Shown here in pieces: positions 1 to 13,386 of a DNA stretch of 64,000 bases (position 1 is its first letter; each line of letters opens with the position of its first letter). Source of the DNA: Lingula anatina (lineage: Eukaryota; Animalia; Brachiopoda); the NCBI GenBank assembly GCA_051362555.1, contig CM120647.1, forward strand, positions 930,001 through 994,000, written 5' to 3'. Position numbers and translations under genes: made by a program. The notes under the pieces were generated by a model. It made no database searches, was not told the DNA's origin, and worked only from the letters and a program-made list of their open reading frames with translations.

Positions 1-340
1 AAACGTAGGAAAGGAAATATAGTAAAATGAAATTTGGTAAATAAACATTCCACGTTTTAATGTCACTCGAATATGTTCTATATGTTCTATTTTTTTTTTT
101 AATTTGCAAAACTCAAATTGCAAATCCTGTCCTTAAAGTCGCAGAAATATAATTAAAAATATAACCATCAAAATAAATATATAAATAAATAAATTAGACC
201 ACACAGTATGTCTTAGATGAAAGTAATAAACAAAGACACAAATAAATAACAAACAAACCAAAAAATAAACACACACAAAATAAATAAATAAATAAATATT
301 GAGAAGTGACCCATTTCTATAAAGTAAACGGTATACTTAC

Positions 341-721
341 CCCGCCCCCGTATTCCCCCAAGTTCCCCAGTAGTAGGTTTGGCGGGGGACCGTCCAGTCC
401 CATGTTCTTGAAGTATTTGAACCGCTCCTTGCGCTGCCTGGGAGAGGAAGAGAGGAAGAGATGTTGTCTTTAGATTACGTTACGTTTACACTGCTTTCTA
501 CAAAATCCGTATGCTATTGCTTACAGAGAGGCACTTGAAATCAGGTCGGATTGAAAAGCACGACTAAAGTAATTGTTTATTTTATGACAAAAAACATGTG
601 CGCGCACACACAACAGCACACGTAACACATTGCACGCAGGAGTAGAAACGCGCACGCAATCATCCTACCATATCCAAATCCCAAGCAGGACGCAGGCTGC
701 TCCAATCAAGTATGGCCACAT
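341..721 (-). CDS. Cytochrome P450, CYP3 clan, paralog 1: first two coding exons only; gene continues off the left edge of the window
   Basis: Exons 721-669 (MWPYLIGAACVLLGIWIW, membrane anchor) and 437-341 (QRKERFKYFKNMGLDGPPPNLLLGNLGEYGGG, proline-rich hinge) have canonical AG/GT ends and compatible phase. Same MWPYL start and same 53-nt first coding segment as the plus-strand P450. Confidence 0.88.
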
Positions 722-1580
722 CTTGTTAACTCTTTCTGGAAAAAAAAAAACAGAATTAAATCTAAGCGTCTAGAAAGAGAAACTAATGCACTAATAGTGT
801 ATGCCGGCGCTTAACTTTACAAATTATTCACCGCATCCATTCAAATAAATCTTTACACAATAAAAGAAAGACACTCATAAAAATGCAAATGCAGATCACA
901 TCGTCTCGACAATAAAAACATTACTGGAAAATATTGAAAATGCAAAACAGCTGTATTTCAAATGTAGGCGACCAACATCCGCGTAATATCCATTATAAGC
1001 GCTAAAACTAAATTACCGAGTACATGAGAACTTATCCTATACTTCTCTTATACAAAGCTGACACGTCACCATTCTTAGAATTCCATTATCACACAACAAT
1101 ATATGGTAAATTCAGGTCCGTTATTAAATTTAGACATCGGTAAGTTTCCACGTCAGCCATTAGGGTAGATTAAAGGGGAAATCCATGGGATTTACCCGCC
1201 AAAATGGGTTTTCTCGACTGCCACATTTCAGCAAATTAGTCCCAATTGTTCAAGTACTTCATTTCCTACATAATAAGTGGACAGGTCAGTAAGTAAAATA
1301 AGTAAATTTCTCGTCTCGTTTATCTATCCCTCTCAGCACTTTGATTTCAACCTTTGATTAAATTTTTAAAGGCTGATACAGTTTAAAATGACTGACCAGT
1401 CATTTTTACCCGCGACCATCTTCCTACGTTCCAACAGAAGTATCAACGACAGGAACGCTCCAGAAAAAATACACAAGGGGTTCGTTTTTAAGGTGAACGT
1501 GGAGCTTCATTAGTTCTGTGGATGGCAAAATTCTGGGGATTTTCAAACTTATTTAGTGTACCTTAAATGTGCATGATGTA

Positions 1581-1815
1581 CACACAATGGACAATAGAAG
1601 TGTCACCCCCTGAATCAGAGTAATCAAAGTTATTAACCTGAAGAGGTGGAATATAAGCAACGTCAGAATATCGATACAGTTGAATTGTTCAGTAAGAACC
1701 GTTTCTTTTGTGATATTTGATGTTAATAAAATGAAACCAGGAGCATATCATTCCACAGTCATTTATCCCAAAGTATTGGTTCAGTAGGGGTGACACTTCT
1801 ATTGTCCAGTGTGTG
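1581..1815. mobile_element. MITE with ~29-bp terminal inverted repeats
   Basis: cacacaatggacaatagaagtgtcacccc ... ggggtgacacttctattgtccagtgtgtg; TA on the left flank. Confidence 0.7.
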
Positions 1816-2116
1816 CACTTCACAATGGTACAGAATGCAGTTGGGGGTGGGGGGGGGGTGGAGATCTCCCGCTTCCCAACTATTAAAAGCTGCACGACTG
1901 CACGATGTGAATTTGCAGATTCATGGTCATATAACAGCATATTCGACGCCTTTATAAATGCAGACTTTTATAAGGTATCGACCCTGGGCAATGTCAGCAG
2001 ATAACGGAACAGGTGCGCCTGCACTAAGGGAACTGACGTCACGAGATGTGACGTCCGGCCACCTGCACTGGGGGGGGGGGGGGGTAATGGCTATCATGTG
2101 TGGTGGTAGCAGATGA

Positions 2117-2117
<1 letters not shown>

Positions 2118-2161
<44 letters not shown>

Positions 2162-2313
2162 CTCTCTCTCCCTATGTTGCATTCTCTCTCTTTCTCTCTC
2201 TCTCCGTCACACACACTTTCTCTCTCTTTCTCTTTCTCTCTCTCTCCGTCGCCCCTTCTCTCTCTCTCTCTCTGAGTGTGTGTCTCCCCCCTCTCTCTCT
2301 CTCTCTCTCCGTC

Positions 2314-2392
<79 letters not shown>

Positions 2393-2410
2393 GAGTGTGT
2401 GTCTCCCCCT
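2118..2410. repeat. Interrupted (CT)n microsatellite
   Basis: CT runs with recurring ccgtcgcccc and gagtgtgtgtctcccc interruptions; accounts for the SLSL/RERE ORFs. Confidence 0.95.
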
Positions 2411-2816
2411 ATACACGTCTCAGCAGGGAACACAAACGCCGACATGTATCCCAATTCCAGTCCTTGTACACTGTATCAACATCTGAACACAGCATACCAA
2501 ATAGAATAGTTTAGTCTAAATTGAATAGGGCAGTTTTCCCATGATAACCCTAAATAAACACTATAAACTGGGTGAAGGTAATGGAGGCGAGAGTCAAGGC
2601 TAAGTTGATAAATACGGTAAACGAGTGCACCATCACCCGGGATCTAACACTTGAAAGTGATTAGAAATTAAATAAATAAAAAGCAAACGCTGTTTTTTTA
2701 AGATTCTTAGATTCTATGACAACCAACGCATACATCGATCAAAGAAAGCTATCTTTTCTATTTCAATACAGCTCCAAGTGCAATATCTCTAAGTAACAGT
2801 GTAGTCCAACACCCCA

Positions 2817-3018
2817 TTTCCATAGATTTTTAGATCGATCTATCCCTGTAGGGAGTCTCACTAGATTACTGTCAGCTTGGCCGGCTTAAGCGTCTGTCCC
2901 GCCTACTAAAAGCTGTAAGGGGGTAATTAACTATGGTGTCCGCTCGGCTGACTGCAATTTAGCCTGAGTTAGGTCGATCTAAAACTTAATCTTTAGATCG
3001 ATCTAAATCTCTGGGAAA
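2817..3018. mobile_element. MITE of the AGATCGATCT-terminal family
   Basis: Inverted ends (ttcc..aga...tagatcgatcta). Related copies in the opposite orientation at ~7265-7460 and ~60657-60890. Confidence 0.7.
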
Positions 3019-3209
3019 GCACCCCAAGAAATGCTGACACAAAATAAGAGAAAAAAATGGGAAGAAAACGAATTTCAGTACTAGTGCTTCTCCGTTATCA
3101 GTATAGGATAGACACAATGTTTCATTGCCACAAAGTTTTAACTTCTGTCCATTACCAAGCGCTAGTTTTCCCCAGAAGACAAAAGACACCACAGTACACG
3201 CTGACTTAC

Positions 3210-3310
3210 CTGTGTGCTGAAAGCTGTGGTTCCGTCACCGTGGGATAATACTTTGTGTCGAGTTAAGTAACGCTGTGAGCTCTTCTTCAAGTTTCAGTGC
3301 TTTTATAGAG
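3210..3310 (-). promoter_or_regulatory. Putative TATA box and non-coding first exon of the minus-strand P450
   Basis: Minus strand reads CTCTATAAAA (3310-3301), then ~90 nt ending CAG|GTAAGTC at 3210/3209. The ATG exon has its own acceptor at 735, so an upstream UTR exon is required. Confidence 0.55.
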
Positions 3311-5952
3311 GCAGCGAGGCTACAAATGGTATGGATGAACGCCGCAAACCTCACATAAATACAGTGACTTTATCTGAAAAAAAAGCGAGCAGAGGTGAGA
3401 AAATAGAAAAAAAGCTAAGGTGAAAATAATATAGCGTTTATCACCTGGCGGAAATCCGCTTTTGCAGCGTTCACAATCAGAGAGAATATAAACAGTGAGT
3501 GCAAGCGTCCTGATGCTGATTACAGCAGTGAGATACAGAAGTCATAATTAACGACTTTGCTTCTCACCTTTTACAAATCATTATCATTATTATCACGCTG
3601 AAAAGTTCATTTGAAACAAATTGATGCCATATGGTATCAATACTAATGAGAAAACTGCAGCGTCGCAACAAGCGAATAACCTTCAGTAAAACCTCGTAAC
3701 TTTGCGTACGTGCACGACTGTGCAGTTCCTCTTTCTGAATCTGAAAAATGTCTGCAAAAATTACGAACGCGTGCAATTTGTGTCTGCGTGCTTTGCATGT
3801 TTCAGTAAAGAAAAAGACACACCCCGCCCTACTTGTGATCCCTCGATCTTAGGTGCACGCGCACTATTCAACCTTTGGCAAACGTCCACGAGTACAAATA
3901 AGTTACATAAGCGCAACATACGCGTTCAGTGTTAAATGCATGCAGCACACGCTCCAGATCTGCGTGCATTATGACGTCAGGTCCGCGAGGTGTATTCTCA
4001 CCTGCTTTGGACTTTCAAAGTTAAGTTCACGGACACGCGCTCTGTAGCCGCCGCCTGGAGCCACGGCGCAGTCTCAATGTAGGCGATGAACAATGTACTG
4101 GAGGCTGGGAGAATTCAATGTATTGACAGCCGTTGTTGTATGACGGATAAGTTCATCTGAATGTAAACAAGGAGCTAGTGCACTAAGGGCGCCAGGGTAA
4201 GGGTAATATAGTGACCTTTCTGCACTTTCAGCTAAATGGGCCACGCAACATATATATCCTAACATTCCATAGTGGGTTATATGTACTTCACCGGCGCAAG
4301 GGACTAGTTTTTATAAGGCCAAGCTTTAACCAAGGACACGTCTTTTATGAAATTACAAATAATATCTTAAGCAACATAAACTGGGCTTTGATAAAAGGCC
4401 GGATAACTTACTTGAGCACTTGGACAACTTTTCATTATGCAAGATCGATGTACCCCCTGTACTACCCTTTGACGTACAGTACTATGTGTAAATTGATTGT
4501 GTATGTATATATGTTGAATGTTCAACAGAGCGTGTGGTCCAGTGTATTGAAAACGGTGAAAGCATTTCTCTGCATTTGCACTGAAGTAAAAAGGCAGTTT
4601 TGGTGTGTAACTGAGTTTTTAAATCAATAACCAATAAATCAAGTAATCAATCAATCAGTTAATCAATTAATCAACGAATAAATAAATAAAAAACATTAAT
4701 TTGAACATTTAATCCTGACTGCAACCCAGATATTAAGATGTTTAATAATTTAATAAAGCACCATTGTTTCTTGTATTACTCGTGCTGTTATGTCTCTACG
4801 CCAGCCGCTAGGTGTCACTGCTTACCGATCCATGCAAGATGCACTTGTGCAGGTAATTTAGGTCTTCGGTAAGTAATCTTAGACATGCATTTATCTATTA
4901 ATGTCTCGTTGTGTTGCTATCGGATATGATAATGCTTACATTGCACGTGCGTATCAGATGGTAATATAGGGTGGGATGTACTGTAACAGCTGCAAGTGCG
5001 TCTACAACCCCTCTATCTCTAATGCTCACTAGTATCCACCGCTTGTTAGCGTCCAAGCCAAGACCAGGCACGTCCTCGAGGTCGTAAGAACACCACCCAC
5101 AGGTAAGGCATACGTACCCTGTGCCTTTATTGATACTGGTAACAGTATTGTTTACATTGGAACTGAGCCAATAATGGTCGGCGTTAAGCAAGAGAGACGA
5201 TGTGCACCGATTCTTGTTATTTAATTCTGTCGACTATTTTCTACGTTCGCCTGTTCATATGCAGGTACATTCACGGTTAACGTGACATTGTTAATAAATG
5301 TGCTCGACCTCACGTGACCTGCGCATGGACCGTGTCCGTTTAGAATTGGTCTGTAAAACGCTGACCGTGTAAGCTGGATGTATAAAGAGAGAGGGGGTGG
5401 TGACTGGGGGGGGGGGGGGAGGGGGGGAGGAGGTGTTGGCGTTATTATGCTAGCACGGTAGGTTAATGTACTGTAAAGTCCTCAGTCCAAAGTTGTAACG
5501 GCTAGAAATGTCTCTGGTGGAGAGTTCATTTAATTTTCTCAGGTAAAATCATCTTGAAAATTGGGACTCAAACCCAGTGGTTGCCGATAGCGTTATATCC
5601 CTGATAAGCAAGCACTCATATATACATTTGTATCTTGGTGGACCGGTATCACGTTTTATCTCCGTGTTGCTGTTTTCGCGTTTGATTTCATGTTGTTTCA
5701 AGCAGCACTCTCAGCACGTGGCACAGCCGCATATACTGCATGTATTCCACAAGTCCGTGCACGTGTACTGTGCCACATACATACATATTGAACTGGTCAG
5801 TGCATGTATCCTCGGCTGCCGTACTCAGTGTGAAGATCGATAAGACTCCGATGCAGATGTACAGTACAGCTGTGTTTGTATGGATCTACATTACTAATTG
5901 TACGTGTTGCTCTATGTTCATTAAATGCACGTCCATATGCTATGCCTATTGC

Positions 5953-5954
<2 letters not shown>

Positions 5955-6038
<84 letters not shown>

Positions 6039-6106
6039 TTCACGTTATCTCTCTTTATGTACCCCTTTCCATGTACTTCCACTCTCTCTCTCTCTTTCTC
6101 TCTCTC

Positions 6107-6153
<47 letters not shown>

Positions 6154-6196
6154 GACAAACACAGTGTATATACATACACGCATGCACGCAAGTACG

Positions 6197-6252
<56 letters not shown>
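5955..6252. repeat. Compound (CT)n/(CA)n microsatellites
   Basis: Direct observation. Confidence 0.95.
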
Positions 6253-6254
<2 letters not shown>

Positions 6255-7264
6255 AACACGCACAAACTGTTTATGTACATATCCAAAAGAAAATACCTGA
6301 GATTCCCCAGTTTTCAAAGCGGGCCACAAATAACACCTGTCACCCGTGGAAAGTCACCAACCTCGACTGCAGATGTTGCCCCTACCCCTGTATGTTCTTA
6401 CAGTGTTGTGTACAACGCTTCCATCACACGATGATATATAATTAATAAACACTGCTCAGCGCGCTGCAGTGTATGCGAATACTCACGCATATATGTTAAC
6501 GTAAAATGCAAGAATCAGTGAGAGAAAAACTTACTATTAACGCTGCAGGTTTTTGAATGGGCTTCTACTACCGTAGTTTATTATTGGCGCATTCTTTGTG
6601 AATGAAATCTATTGTTGTTGTGCCCGAGAACATGTGTTGTTGCTCTACATCTCGCCTACTTCGGGTCAAATAGTGTTCTTTTCCAAAGAAATGCTACCTG
6701 TACTTTGGAGTGCTGGGACTCTCTGTGTAAAAAAAGGTGCCATTTCTATACAGCACCATGACCATCACTGCCAATATTATCCAATGTTTTTTACACCATC
6801 AAAATCATTGAGTCCCCTTTGTTTATATGGTTTAAGTGTTAATTGTTTGTTGTTCGTTCTCCAAATACACATATCAGAAATAACGCACCGTGCAGCTGAC
6901 TGTTTATATGACTTAAAGTTCTGCTCGATACTAAGAACTAACTATTGGAATTTCTCATTATTTGCAGACGTCATTAACTGCACTAACTACAAGTTTCACA
7001 AAATCTCGGTCAGTCATTTCATCACAATCTGGGGCACGGTTCACACACTATAGCTCCATTGCACGCTAGCACATACTTTCTATTCGTGTCAGTGACTGTT
7101 TATAGGTGGGCGGAGTCCTTGAACAAAATGCTGTCTAGGCCCCAGAACACTGAACCCGATCAGTACACCATGCGAACATTTTAAGGCATTTAATGACACT
7201 GAAAAGTTTAAGTTTCTCTCGCAAAATGCCCAGTGACGTGGAGAAAAAGCAAATCTTAGACCCC

Positions 7265-7460
7265 ATTTCCAGAGATTAGATCGATCTACATTAGATCGAC
7301 CTAACTCCCTGGGGGTTCCCTGGGGGTTCCGAGCGGACACGAAAGTTAATTACCCCCTTACAGCTTGTAGTAGGCGGGACGGACATTTAAGCCGAATTAT
7401 CTGACAGTAATCTAGTGAGACTCCCCGCGGGGATAGATCGATCTAAAAGCTCTGGGAATA
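7265..7460. mobile_element. MITE, AGATCGATCT family, inverted relative to 2817-3018
   Basis: Reverse-complement similarity to 2817-3018 (taattacccccttacagc, taatctagtgagactccc). Confidence 0.7.
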
Positions 7461-9290
7461 CAGCCTAATACAGACGAGAGGGTTTGAAAAGTTTTATATA
7501 GAATATTTCTGTGTTTAATTGATAGGTAATTTATTTTAGAGAACTTTCATGAATTTTAACTGTACTTTCATAGGTTTAAGTCTCTCATAACCCTTAGCAG
7601 GTTGGGTTTTATTTTTAAACGTGAGACGTAAATAAAATCATTATTATTATCAGTACGCCATTGACGACCAGACTGAAAGCCGAGGAGAGAAACTAAATTG
7701 CTAGCTGTTGTCATATTACTGACAACGACATTGATAGGACCATAGACGAGCTTCTCCTCCATTATTATATAGATAATCCCGGTATAATCTGATTATCATA
7801 TTGATTTTATTTATGCATGTTAATGTTTGAAGTATTTTATTGTAAATCATGGAGAACTGATTTTGTAAATGTCAGTGTATAATAAAGTTTTTTGCAAGAG
7901 AACAGATAGAATTAGAAAGACGTTCTGCAGCTACAAGCCACCGCCAAGGCACTTAATTCTCATTATTATTAATTATCTATTAATTATTTAACTAAATTAA
8001 TAAGTCAACATCAAAATCCATCCCTTTCCTGACCTATCCTGAAAGCTTAACCAAAAACCGCCACAAAACATTTTGCATAATGCTGCTACCAATTAATTAA
8101 TAAATTTATTATTGGATCACCGCTAAAATCATGCCACTTTAAAGTAAGCCCATTTCAGACCTATTCTAACCAGATCATCAAAATCCACCCATAACTTCTT
8201 GAGTTACGCTGGCGACAAAGACAGAAAGAAAGTGGCTATATGCTATCACGTTTTTATTTATTAAATTACTATTATGTATACTAGTACGTAAGACGGTGAG
8301 AGCATTATTGACTTTAAATAACAGTTTTAGTTTTAGGCGGTCAGTTCTTTTCAGAGTTCAAGAGTCTCATGTACCATAAATTATAGTGTTTGCTTAGTTA
8401 TAACTCACAACCTTAATCATAGTTTTTTTTTAATTTTCGGCATTGTTTCTGAGATATGTACAAGGTCGGTGACTTGTAGGCCCATGAGGCCGGGTGATTT
8501 GTATATCTATATCACATGTTACTTAATTAAATAAATACTATACATACCCTCCTTGGCGTTGGTAAAAACAAATGTCATCAATGTCACAATTGCTGTCACA
8601 GGGTATAAAAAACTGGTAACAGGGTTTTATAGATTTTTTTTGCTTTGTTTCATTGGATCGCCACATACGTACGTCTTCTCTTTGGTGTCTCTTAATTTTA
8701 AAAAGTTTCTCGATCTCTGCGACAAGCGACATTCTACGAGAATCAGCTGCAGTTACATTACATGTGCATCTGCGTATTCCGTATCTCTATGCACTGTTCA
8801 TAGCTTAGCTTTTCTACAACTGTATGTTAACCTAACATCTCGCTTAACAATTATTACATGTACATATATAAACTATTAAAATCATTTAGCGACACGTAAA
8901 TGTAACGTCTTTAATTTTCAACTTACCTGTCAGATCATTCAGCGCCCACGATATCTATCACCTCTGTGAGTTATGAAACAAGTTATATATCCGATATATA
9001 CACGTATAGGTCCTATATAGGTACGGCAGCACTGCACACGTGGTATTAATAGCACTAAGTACAAGTAGGTCAATATAGTTTTCAATAGTATTCCACGACC
9101 TTCACCACCGCATTCACGCACGTTGCTTTACGTCGTTAACACATTTACTCTGTATATTAGCTGGTGGTAGTGTATTGCACGGTAACAACGTAATATTGGC
9201 GTAGCTCGCTTTCTCGTTAACTTTTCTCTACATTGTTGCGTGCATGTAACACACTGACCGCTGTTTATTTCTGTTCCAGGCTGAGACGAG

Positions 9291-9355
9291 ATGTGGCCGT
9301 ATTTGGTAGCCGTGATTCTGGTCCTGTTTGGGATTTATTACAGGTAAGCAGGGTG

Positions 9356-9395
<40 letters not shown>

Positions 9396-9574
9396 AGGTC
9401 TTGAGCAGGGTTCTCTATGTGCTTGTGTGTGTGCGTGTGTGCGCGCGTGTGTGCTTGTGTGTGTGTTTGTGGAATGTGTGTTTGCTTGTGTGTGTTTGCT
9501 TGTGTGCGTTTGTGTGTCTGTGCGCGTACGTGTCTATGTATGTGTGTGTGTGTGTGTGTCTGTGTGTGTGTGTA

Positions 9575-9636
<62 letters not shown>

Positions 9637-10852
9637 TTTATGTGTGTCTGTGTGAGAGGAATTTCCCAAGCTGGATGGAAGTTTAATTGTGTAGAATATA
9701 AACGTTCTTAAATATAAATGATATTTTTCTGGCATTTTGCTCCATGTTTTTCAGACACAGAAGGCATGCCTTTCAGTATTTCAAGCGGATGGGGTTAGAT
9801 GGCCCTACACCCTCCATACCATTCGGGAACCTCACCGAGATCGGGTTTGGAAAAGGGGTACTAGGCAAATTGTATTATAGAATTTGAGAGAGAGAGAGAG
9901 GGAGGGGGGTTCTGGGCATTTTGTATTATAGGATTTGAGAGAGAGAGAGAGGGGGAGAGAGAGAGAGAGAAGGATTGGTTCAATAATCGAATAATTCAGA
10001 CTCAGACAAGAAGAGAGAAAAGAAACTTATATAGAAACACTTTTTCGTCCGAGGAAGGTTATGTATTAGTTTAATTTGCAATCAATGTTTAAAACGCTCC
10101 ATATTCTGTCACATCATGAAAAGTTTGTTTTATTTAATTTTTGTATTCCTAGGATCCCATGGAAGCTCCAATGCGGTGGACTAAGAAATATGGAAAGTTC
10201 TATGGGTAAGTAAAATGGTGGTTGCGTGCGTGCGCGCGCGCGCGCTTGCGTGTGTGGTTGTGTGTGGGGAAAGGAAGAGTATCTTCGGGGAGGGGGTGTT
10301 AAGGAGGCTAATATTACTTTTTTACTTTCAAGACGGTCCCGTTGGGATTATCACATGGCCATATATTGGCAAATAACGTATTGGGATTTCACTGTCTGAT
10401 CTGGTGGGTTGATGGCGCGAGGTGGACTGCTGTCAGTCCATTATGCCTTCAGTCTGAACGGGCCGTGAGGCACGTGGTTTTTGGTTTGTTGAGTAAACGG
10501 TAGAAATACAAGTTTCTCTTGGACATAACATAACATAAACTTCCTCTCGCCTTTTGGTTATTGTAAACTACTACATCAATTTAGTTTGTCATAAAAGCTC
10601 ACTGTTTATATACGTTGAAGGTCAAAGTCATATTATAGGACAGCCTTATTTGTAGCAATGGTATATATACAAATGTATTTATCTCTTTATTCTGCAGTAT
10701 CTTCGAGGGGCCCAACCCGATACTTATCAGCACAGACTTGGATTTTCTGAAGGAAGTTTTCATCAAGCGCTTCAGTCATTTTCATGCGCGGAAGGTGAAT
10801 ATTCGGACGTCAGCGTTATACTGAGAATTGGAATGCCCGGATGATGATGACG

Positions 10853-10899
<47 letters not shown>

Positions 10900-13352
10900 A
10901 TCGAGTGCAAATACATTTTTTCCAATTTTATTTGTATAAAGTATAGACGATCTTTGATTACAGGTTGAAAAGAAATGACATTTTCACCAGAACGCTACTT
11001 GAGATCGTGAAATGGGTGTATAAGAATACTTGATTATGATAACAATTTTTATATGATCACAGTGGCTTTGTAATCAAAAGCTTTCAAATAACTGGTAAAG
11101 AATACTGTTATCATCAACCACTGTTGATTGCCTTTAATTATAATTGTGACTGAGAGCCAGTGACATTTTCACCAGGACGCAACTTGAGATCGTGGAATGA
11201 GTGTACACGTATGGGAACGCTTGATTCAATTATGATCATCATTTGAACGTGGTCAACGTAGTTTTGTAGTAAAAAAGTATCACATAACTGGTTATGAATA
11301 CTGATATTATCAACCATTATTCCAATATCCCTGATGCCTTTCCAGCCGTTCCCCATTGCTCCAGACCCCAATGATGAGCGCGGGGTCAACATGGTCATTG
11401 CCATGGGGGACAAATGGAAAAGATTACGTCTGAACACAAACCCGGCGTTCTCAGCTCTGAAGATGAAACAGGTAGGAGACGTTTTAATCCAAGGTTTCAC
11501 CAGCGGTGGTGGTTAAATTTGGTTAAATTTTGTGCATTTTATTATACAGTGTATCCAACACTCAAAGGGACTTTCTAAAATCCTTCATTGCGCCTTATGA
11601 TATGAAAGGTCTCAAAAATGGTACACAAAATGTATGTGTACAATAATTTTGTAACAGACTCCCAGCGGATCCCGTTGTCAGAGAGCACCATTTTTCCAGA
11701 TAAATTGAATATTGTTCCCCTTTGATATCAAAAACAAAATGACTAACATTTTGAACCAATCCGAAGTAGATTTGAAGGGGTATTATTTGGTTTCTTGTTT
11801 GCAAATAATGGGCAAGCCTTCTGGTGAAATACCGCGGCAGTACTTTCTAGAAAACTTGTCTCAAAACCCTCAAGATATAAATGATGTAATTCTGCCTTCA
11901 GATGTCACCACTAATCAATGACTCCGTGACGAGACTGCTTCGATGTCTGGAGAAGAGATGTGAGGAGGGAAAACCGTTCAATATTCAAAGGTAATATCAA
12001 ATGCCGCCCCCCCCCCCCCCCTTTTACTGGTATGCCTTGTAGTGATTATGTGTCGCTGAATGTTGTGGATATAAAATTTATATATAGTTTGTTCAACTTT
12101 GATTGGAAATTTGAGAATTTAGCGGACATACGCCTGCTGACAACGATACACTCCCAATGAAAAAATTGACAGACACATTGAACACTAAAATAATTTTTCA
12201 TCTAAATGAGATAGCTCAAAACTACAAACGGTTTATTCTTATTCATATATTAAAGGTACATACAAACCGAGCATCGGTGGAGCGTGGATTCCCAGTAACA
12301 CATGTAAACCACTTCTACTAGATTATTATATGACTCAAATAAATTCGACATGCCAAGGGATAAACTGAATAGATCACTCGATCAGCCATAAAAGACCTTT
12401 AGAATGCTCCTTTCTTTAAATTTTTGGTTGTAAATTTAACCTACTTTCGTGACCTACTTTCCTGCCCCATTGACATACAGCTTAGAATGCCAGCAGAAAA
12501 ATCCGTTCAAACATCATTTTCAGGTAAAATTAAACAATGCCTTTCGGAAATTCTCTTAGTTATACTACTTGAAACTATATGCTGGCATTTGGTTGGTTTT
12601 TGTGACAAAAAATTGACTTTGTATGCATCTTTAAGCTATCTGCGTATTTAATTTCAAGTATTTAGCTCAATTATAAAAAATAATCATGACAATAATCTTT
12701 GGCGTTCAGTGAGTTTCAGGGACTGACGCTGGAGGTGATCGCGTCCTGTGCCTTTGGTCTGTCCATTAACTCAGTGGAGGATAGAAACCACCCCTTCCTC
12801 ACCGCGTGCAGGGATCTGTTCAACCGCCTTGGTAACGGCCGGCTGAGGGTACTGGTGGCATGTAAGTTGGCTTTATAAATAAATATCCCACACCTACAGG
12901 CCTTTTAAACGTATTAGACGTTTACTAACACTACCCGCAGATCTTTTAGCACTAACGCTCATATTAACCACATAACCCACAAATTAACCAACGCATCGTA
13001 CAATTATTTAACACCAACAAACAATACCTATCACTTACATTCATTCTCTCTGGTGGTGCTAGTAAGCTTGTGGGTTATGTCGTTAATATGGGTGCTAGTG
13101 CTAAAAGATCTGCAGGTAGTGTTAGTAAACGCTTAATCCGTTTGTAAGGCCTGAACTATTGGTGGTAGAGTTTCCGTAGGTTGGCATAAATGATAATAAG
13201 GAAAATATAAGTATAATATATTGGCACTACCACACAAACTGTACCACAATTACGGTTCTCTGAACATGTATGTAGGCTTGATTTACGCTAATTGTTTCTT
13301 ATTTGTTACAAACCCCATGCCTGGTACATAAATACACACACATACACACACG

Positions 13353-13386
<34 letters not shown>

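Noticed and set aside
1170-1566. Possible TTAA-flanked element (ttaaagggga...gtaccttaa)
   Set aside because: Terminal inverted match is too short and no second copy or empty site is available in the window.
1927-2509. ORFs rich in RERE/SLSL (also HTHT/CVCV at 5740-6445 and 9233-9735, YIYI at 19472 and 32092)
   Set aside because: Translations of dinucleotide microsatellites.
4750-5110. Candidate first non-coding exon of the plus-strand CYP (donor-like sites near 4853, 4869 and 5103)
   Set aside because: Several equally plausible donors and no way to choose without transcript data.
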